Virus record (IMG/VR): IMGVR_UViG_2751185961_000010
Length of the DNA: 8,956 nucleotides
From: a virus
Taxonomy: Duplodnaviria > Heunggongvirae > Uroviricota > Caudoviricetes
Direction: 5' to 3' (one strand)
A program made the position numbers and the translations under genes. Below, one piece after another: positions 5,956 to 8,956 of the stretch (the first letter of the stretch is position 1; every line of letters starts with the position of its first letter). The notes under the pieces are model-generated. The model made no database searches. It was not told the origin of the DNA and worked only from the letters and a program-made list of their open reading frames with translations.

Positions 5956-7361
5956 AGAAAAAAGCGCGGGGACAGGGTGATGATTCGTCACTGGCACTTA
6001 ACCAGATGGGGGCCAGCCAGCGTGGCAGGGTTCTTCTTGCTCATTACGGAGGGGAACTGGCAATAAACCCTGACTCTGACACAGTTCACTATTACAACGG
6101 GGTTATATGGTCCCCCGTGCAGGACAAAGAGCTACAGCGCACAATGGCGCAAATCTTCATTGACGAAGATATCTGCTATTCACAAAACGCCATTAAATCG
6201 GCAGTTGACACAATGAAGTTAAGTTTACCCGTAATGGGTAATACCGCCCGTCACCTGATTGGATTCAGCAACGGGGTATTTGATACCCGTACAGGTGATT
6301 TTCGGGAACACGATAAAGATGACTGGCTGTTAATTGCCAGTGAGTTACCGTTCACTCCACCAGCAGAGGGTGAAACGCTGGCAACACATGCGCCGAATTT
6401 CTGGAAATGGTTGCGCCGTTCGGTGGCAGAGAATGACCGCAAGGCGGATCGCGTACTGGCAGCGTTATTTATGGTGCTGGCGAACCGGTACGACTGGCAG
6501 TTATTCATTGAGGTAACTGGTCCTGGTGGAAGCGGTAAAAGCGTTATGGCGGAGATTTGTACCATGCTGGCGGGTAAGGCCAACACGGTATCGGCAAGCA
6601 TGAAGGCACTGGAGGATGCAAGGGAACGCGCGTTAGTGGTTGGCTTTTCACTGATTATTCTGCCGGATATGACCCGCTACGCGGGTGATGGAGCAGGAAT
6701 AAAGGCCATTACGGGCGGTGACAAGGTGGCAATTGACCCGAAACACAAAGCGCCATACTCAACGCGTATTCCGGCGGTAGTGCTGGCGGTTAACAACAGC
6801 GCCATGTCATTCAGTGACCGCAGCGGGGGGATCTCGCGTCGTCGTGTGATATTCAATTTTTCGGAGGTTGTACCGGAAAACGAGCGCGATCCGATGCTGC
6901 CGGAAAAAATAGAGGGTGAGCTTGCTGTAGTGATTCGTCATCTGCTTACGCGCTTTTCTGACCAGGACGAAGCCAGACGCCTGTTACATGAGCAGCAGAA
7001 ATCAGAAGAAGCCCTTGCAATAAAGCGTGAGGGGGATTCGCTGGTGGACTTCTGCGGCTATCTCATGTCGTCGGTAATGTGTGACGGCCTGTTAGTCGGT
7101 AATGCTGAGATTATTCCGTTCAGTCCGCGCCGTTATCTCTATCACGCCTATCTCTCGTATATGAGGGCGCACGGTTTCAGTAAGCCCGTAACACTGACGC
7201 GCTTCGGTGCAGATATGCCAGGCGCAATGGCGGAATATGGCAGGGAGTATATGAAAAAGAGAACGAAAGAAGGTGTGCGATCAAACGTGATACTGATGGA
7301 TGAGTCTGAGGACTGGCTGCCGTCATGTGCACCAGTGAAAAATGAGGGTGATAAAAATTAA
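5865..7361 (+). CDS. P4 alpha-like replication protein: D5_N / P4-family primase C-terminal domain with SF3 helicase P-loop NTPase and probable origin-binding C-terminal domain (498 aa from the first ATG)
   Basis: LIGFSNGVFDTRTGDFREH...LFIEVTGPGGSGKSVMAEI contains the Walker A motif GPGGSGKS in the context typical of D5/P4-alpha family NTPases. Immediately followed by the iteron array. No Shine-Dalgarno at ATG 5865, and the frame is open from 5709. Confidence 0.88.
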   Translation: MHHNERQNWRNYLDIERKNISDGLVIELPVKKKARGQGDDSSLALNQMGASQRGRVLLAHYGGELAINPDSDTVHYYNGVIWSPVQDKELQRTMAQIFIDEDICYSQNAIKSAVDTMKLSLPVMGNTARHLIGFSNGVFDTRTGDFREHDKDDWLLIASELPFTPPAEGETLATHAPNFWKWLRRSVAENDRKADRVLAALFMVLANRYDWQLFIEVTGPGGSGKSVMAEICTMLAGKANTVSASMKALEDARERALVVGFSLIILPDMTRYAGDGAGIKAITGGDKVAIDPKHKAPYSTRIPAVVLAVNNSAMSFSDRSGGISRRRVIFNFSEVVPENERDPMLPEKIEGELAVVIRHLLTRFSDQDEARRLLHEQQKSEEALAIKREGDSLVDFCGYLMSSVMCDGLLVGNAEIIPFSPRRYLYHAYLSYMRAHGFSKPVTLTRFGADMPGAMAEYGREYMKKRTKEGVRSNVILMDESEDWLPSCAPVKNEGDKN

Positions 7362-7374
7362 GTTATAGAAAAAC

Positions 7375-7604
7375 TGTTCACCGCTGTTCACCCTGTGACA
7401 AATACATTTGATATCAGTAAGTTAATGGGTGAATAGTTTTGTAAAACTATTCACCGGAGTGTTCACCCGTTCACCCTTTTGTTTGATTTTTGAACGGCGA
7501 GCGGGTGAACAGGGTGAACAGTTGGTGAACACCTTTACAAAAAGTGTTCACCCTTTAACCTCATGAATTTAAAGATGAAATAGCAAAAGGTGAACAGTTG
7601 AACA
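7375..7604. repeat. Iteron array (P4 type I iteron octamer TGTTCACC / GGTGAACA in both orientations): candidate replication origin (ori/crr-like)
   Basis: Forward TGTTCACC at 7375, 7385, 7460, 7545 and CGTTCACC at 7468. Reverse GGTGAACA at 7504, 7513, 7524, 7589 and GTTGAACA at 7597. Degenerate palindrome GGTGAATAGTTTT-GT-AAAACTATTCACC at 7428-7455. Spacings of about 9-11 bp. Confidence 0.8.
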
Positions 7605-7648
7605 GTCTTTTGGCATAAATTTTTATTTATTCCTTTGAGGAAAATTTT

Positions 7649-8098
7649 ATGACAGAGAAACACGCTAAAAAATCACACTCACCCGCCATCGATTTAACCG
7701 AACAGGGATCTGTTGTGAAGTTCGTATCGGCACGAGGCAGGCCAGTGCTTTTAGTGCCAGGAAAACATCTGCATTACTGCGATGAAAATCATATCCCGAT
7801 CCTGATTGTCTGGAAGCGAACAGTCTACGCCGATGTGACATGGCTGAATGACTCGCTGGTGTTGATACACCGCGACCTGTTTGAGCGTGAAGAATTCCGG
7901 CGAGACATTGAGGATAGGGCAGAAAAAATCTATGAGCAATATGCAGCAAACAGCAAAAGAGCCGCACGGGCAATCACTCACCATTTCATGACGCTGTATG
8001 ACCTGAAAGCAGAAGACGCAGAAAAAGCAGCGTGTGATTTATTTGATATGACAATGGATATTATCCAGGAGTACCGGAACAAGGAGCGCAGACCATGA
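7649..8098 (+). CDS. hypothetical protein (149 aa), translationally coupled to the downstream ssb
   Basis: GAGGA 7 nt upstream of the ATG, preceded by an AT-rich region with a TTGGCA -35-like hexamer. Stop overlaps the ssb start (ATGA). No family recognised. Confidence 0.75.
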   Translation: MTEKHAKKSHSPAIDLTEQGSVVKFVSARGRPVLLVPGKHLHYCDENHIPILIVWKRTVYADVTWLNDSLVLIHRDLFEREEFRRDIEDRAEKIYEQYAANSKRAARAITHHFMTLYDLKAEDAEKAACDLFDMTMDIIQEYRNKERRP

Positions 8099-8535
8099 CA
8101 GCACAGATTGCAGCTTACGGGCGGCTGGTGGACGACCCGCAGGTAAAACAGACCAGCAAGGGTACAAACATGACGCTGGCGAGAATGGCGGTATCCGTAC
8201 CGTGCCATAACGCAGATGACGGACAGGCGACTCTATGGCTTGCCGTAACAGCCTTTGGTAAACAGGCCGACCATCTGGCGAAGCACCAGAAAGGCGACCT
8301 TATCAGCGTGGCGGGTAACATGCAGATAAGCCAGTGGACCGGACAGAACGGGGAGACGCGGCAGGGGTGGCAGGTTATCGCCGACAGCGTAATCAGTGCC
8401 CGTACTGTTCGCCCTGGTGGAGGTCAGAGAAAACACACAGGCCAGCCACAAAACACAGGGGCACAGACCTCATCACGGGGACATCCACCGCAGAATAATC
8501 ACGATGACCTGTTCCCTGACGATATCCCGTTCTGA
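8095..8535 (+). CDS. ssb: Single-stranded DNA-binding protein (divergent SSB, OB-fold, acidic C-terminal tail DDIPF), 146 aa
   Basis: Pattern G.LV.DP......G...........DG..TLW..V.AFGK.A..L.K..KGD...V.G......W..Q.G..R....V, a Gly/Gln-rich linker, and the C-terminal ...DDLFPDDIPF that matches the SSB tip motif (D-D-D-I-P-F). Confidence 0.88.
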   Translation: MTAQIAAYGRLVDDPQVKQTSKGTNMTLARMAVSVPCHNADDGQATLWLAVTAFGKQADHLAKHQKGDLISVAGNMQISQWTGQNGETRQGWQVIADSVISARTVRPGGGQRKHTGQPQNTGAQTSSRGHPPQNNHDDLFPDDIPF

Positions 8536-8723
8536 GCGGTTCGAAAGCTGCTCAGTGTCTTGCAGGTGAGAGTCCTGCCGCAGTAATTGGTTAGTTTGAC
8601 TGCGTAGCGATGGCGTACATGTGGAGGGTGACCGAAGCATGGGAGCAACGCCGGATAAACGTGTCCCCCGATCCAGACAGTGGGCGCGCGCAAATACACA
8701 GCCCGTAACTGACAGTGAACTCA

Positions 8724-8956
8724 GGTAATGCTGCCAACTTACTGATTTAGTGTATGATGGTGATTTTAAGGTGCTTGCGTGGCTTCCATTTCCATCAGAT
8801 GTCCTTCCTGCTCCGCTACTGAAGGCGTGGTGCGTAACGGCAAAAGCACTGCCGGACATCAGCGCTATCTCTGCTCTCATTGCCGTAAAACATGGCAACC
8901 ACAGTTCACTTACACCGCCTCTCAGCCCGGTACGCACCAGAAAATCATTGATATGG
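8724..8956 (+). mobile_element. IS1-family insertion sequence, partial; begins with the terminal inverted repeat and continues rightward out of the window
   Basis: GGTAATGCTGCCAACTTACTGAT at 8724-8746, followed by the InsA start. This is an exact inverted copy of window positions 1-98. Confidence 0.92.
8779..8956 (+). CDS. insA: InsA (IS1), N-terminal fragment running off the window
   Basis: GTG start; translation (M)[58 protein letters not shown] matches recalled IS1 InsA with a few substitutions. Confidence 0.88.
   Translation, partial: MASISIRCPSCSATEGVVRNGKSTAGHQRYLCSHCRKTWQPQFTYTASQPGTHQKIIDM

Noticed and set aside
7497-7506. GGCGAGCGGG resembling the start of the P2/P4 cos site (GGCGAGGCGGGG...)
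   Set aside because: Only a partial match with one deleted base, embedded in the iteron array; not a convincing cos site.
7375-7604. Repeat array as a possible CRISPR
   Set aside because: Repeat unit is only 8 bp, occurs in both orientations with irregular 1-3 bp to ~70 bp gaps, and no cas genes are present; this is an iteron array.
5264-7984. Antisense ORFs within the small-gene operon, helicase and 149-aa genes (5264..5545, 5517..5765, 6251..6601, 7665..7973, 7751..7984) and the in-gene + ORF 6334..6516
   Set aside because: All lie inside or opposite better-supported + strand genes, lack initiation signals, and have low-complexity translations.
8473-8937. 154-aa - strand ORF crossing the IS1 junction, and other - strand ORFs (8115..8321, 8233..8451, 8499..8699) opposite ssb
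   Set aside because: Spans an insertion-sequence boundary or lies antisense to the well-supported ssb gene; no ribosome-binding site; spurious.

Overview
This window is an ~8.6-kb remnant of a P4-like satellite / phage-inducible chromosomal island (99-8723), bracketed by two partial IS1 copies in inverted orientation (1-98 and 8724-8956), each with its InsA-proximal end facing inward. Left to right on the + strand: a P4-family tyrosine integrase whose N-terminal ~60 codons are replaced by the IS1 end; a ~640-bp non-coding, hairpin-rich gap ending in a strong intrinsic terminator; an AlpA-family regulator; two tandem Rha/antirepressor-family genes and a small ORF; two diverged tandem paralogous small ORFs on the - strand with their own terminator, antisense to a long + ORF that is probably spurious; a divergent control region and ~330-nt leader; an operon of four small overlapping ORFs, a degenerate toprim-like ORF and a P4 alpha-like D5_N/SF3 helicase; a dense array of P4-type TGTTCACC iterons (ori/crr-like); and a translationally coupled pair of an unknown 149-aa protein and an SSB with the acidic DDIPF tail. 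No rRNA, tRNA or CRISPR array was found. The most interesting candidates are the - strand paralog pair facing the early operon (a possible immunity switch), the leader with a P4 CI-RNA-like repeat arrangement, the out-of-frame toprim/helicase junction, and the IS1-bounded architecture. All calls come from reading the sequence and recalled family signatures; no database search was run.
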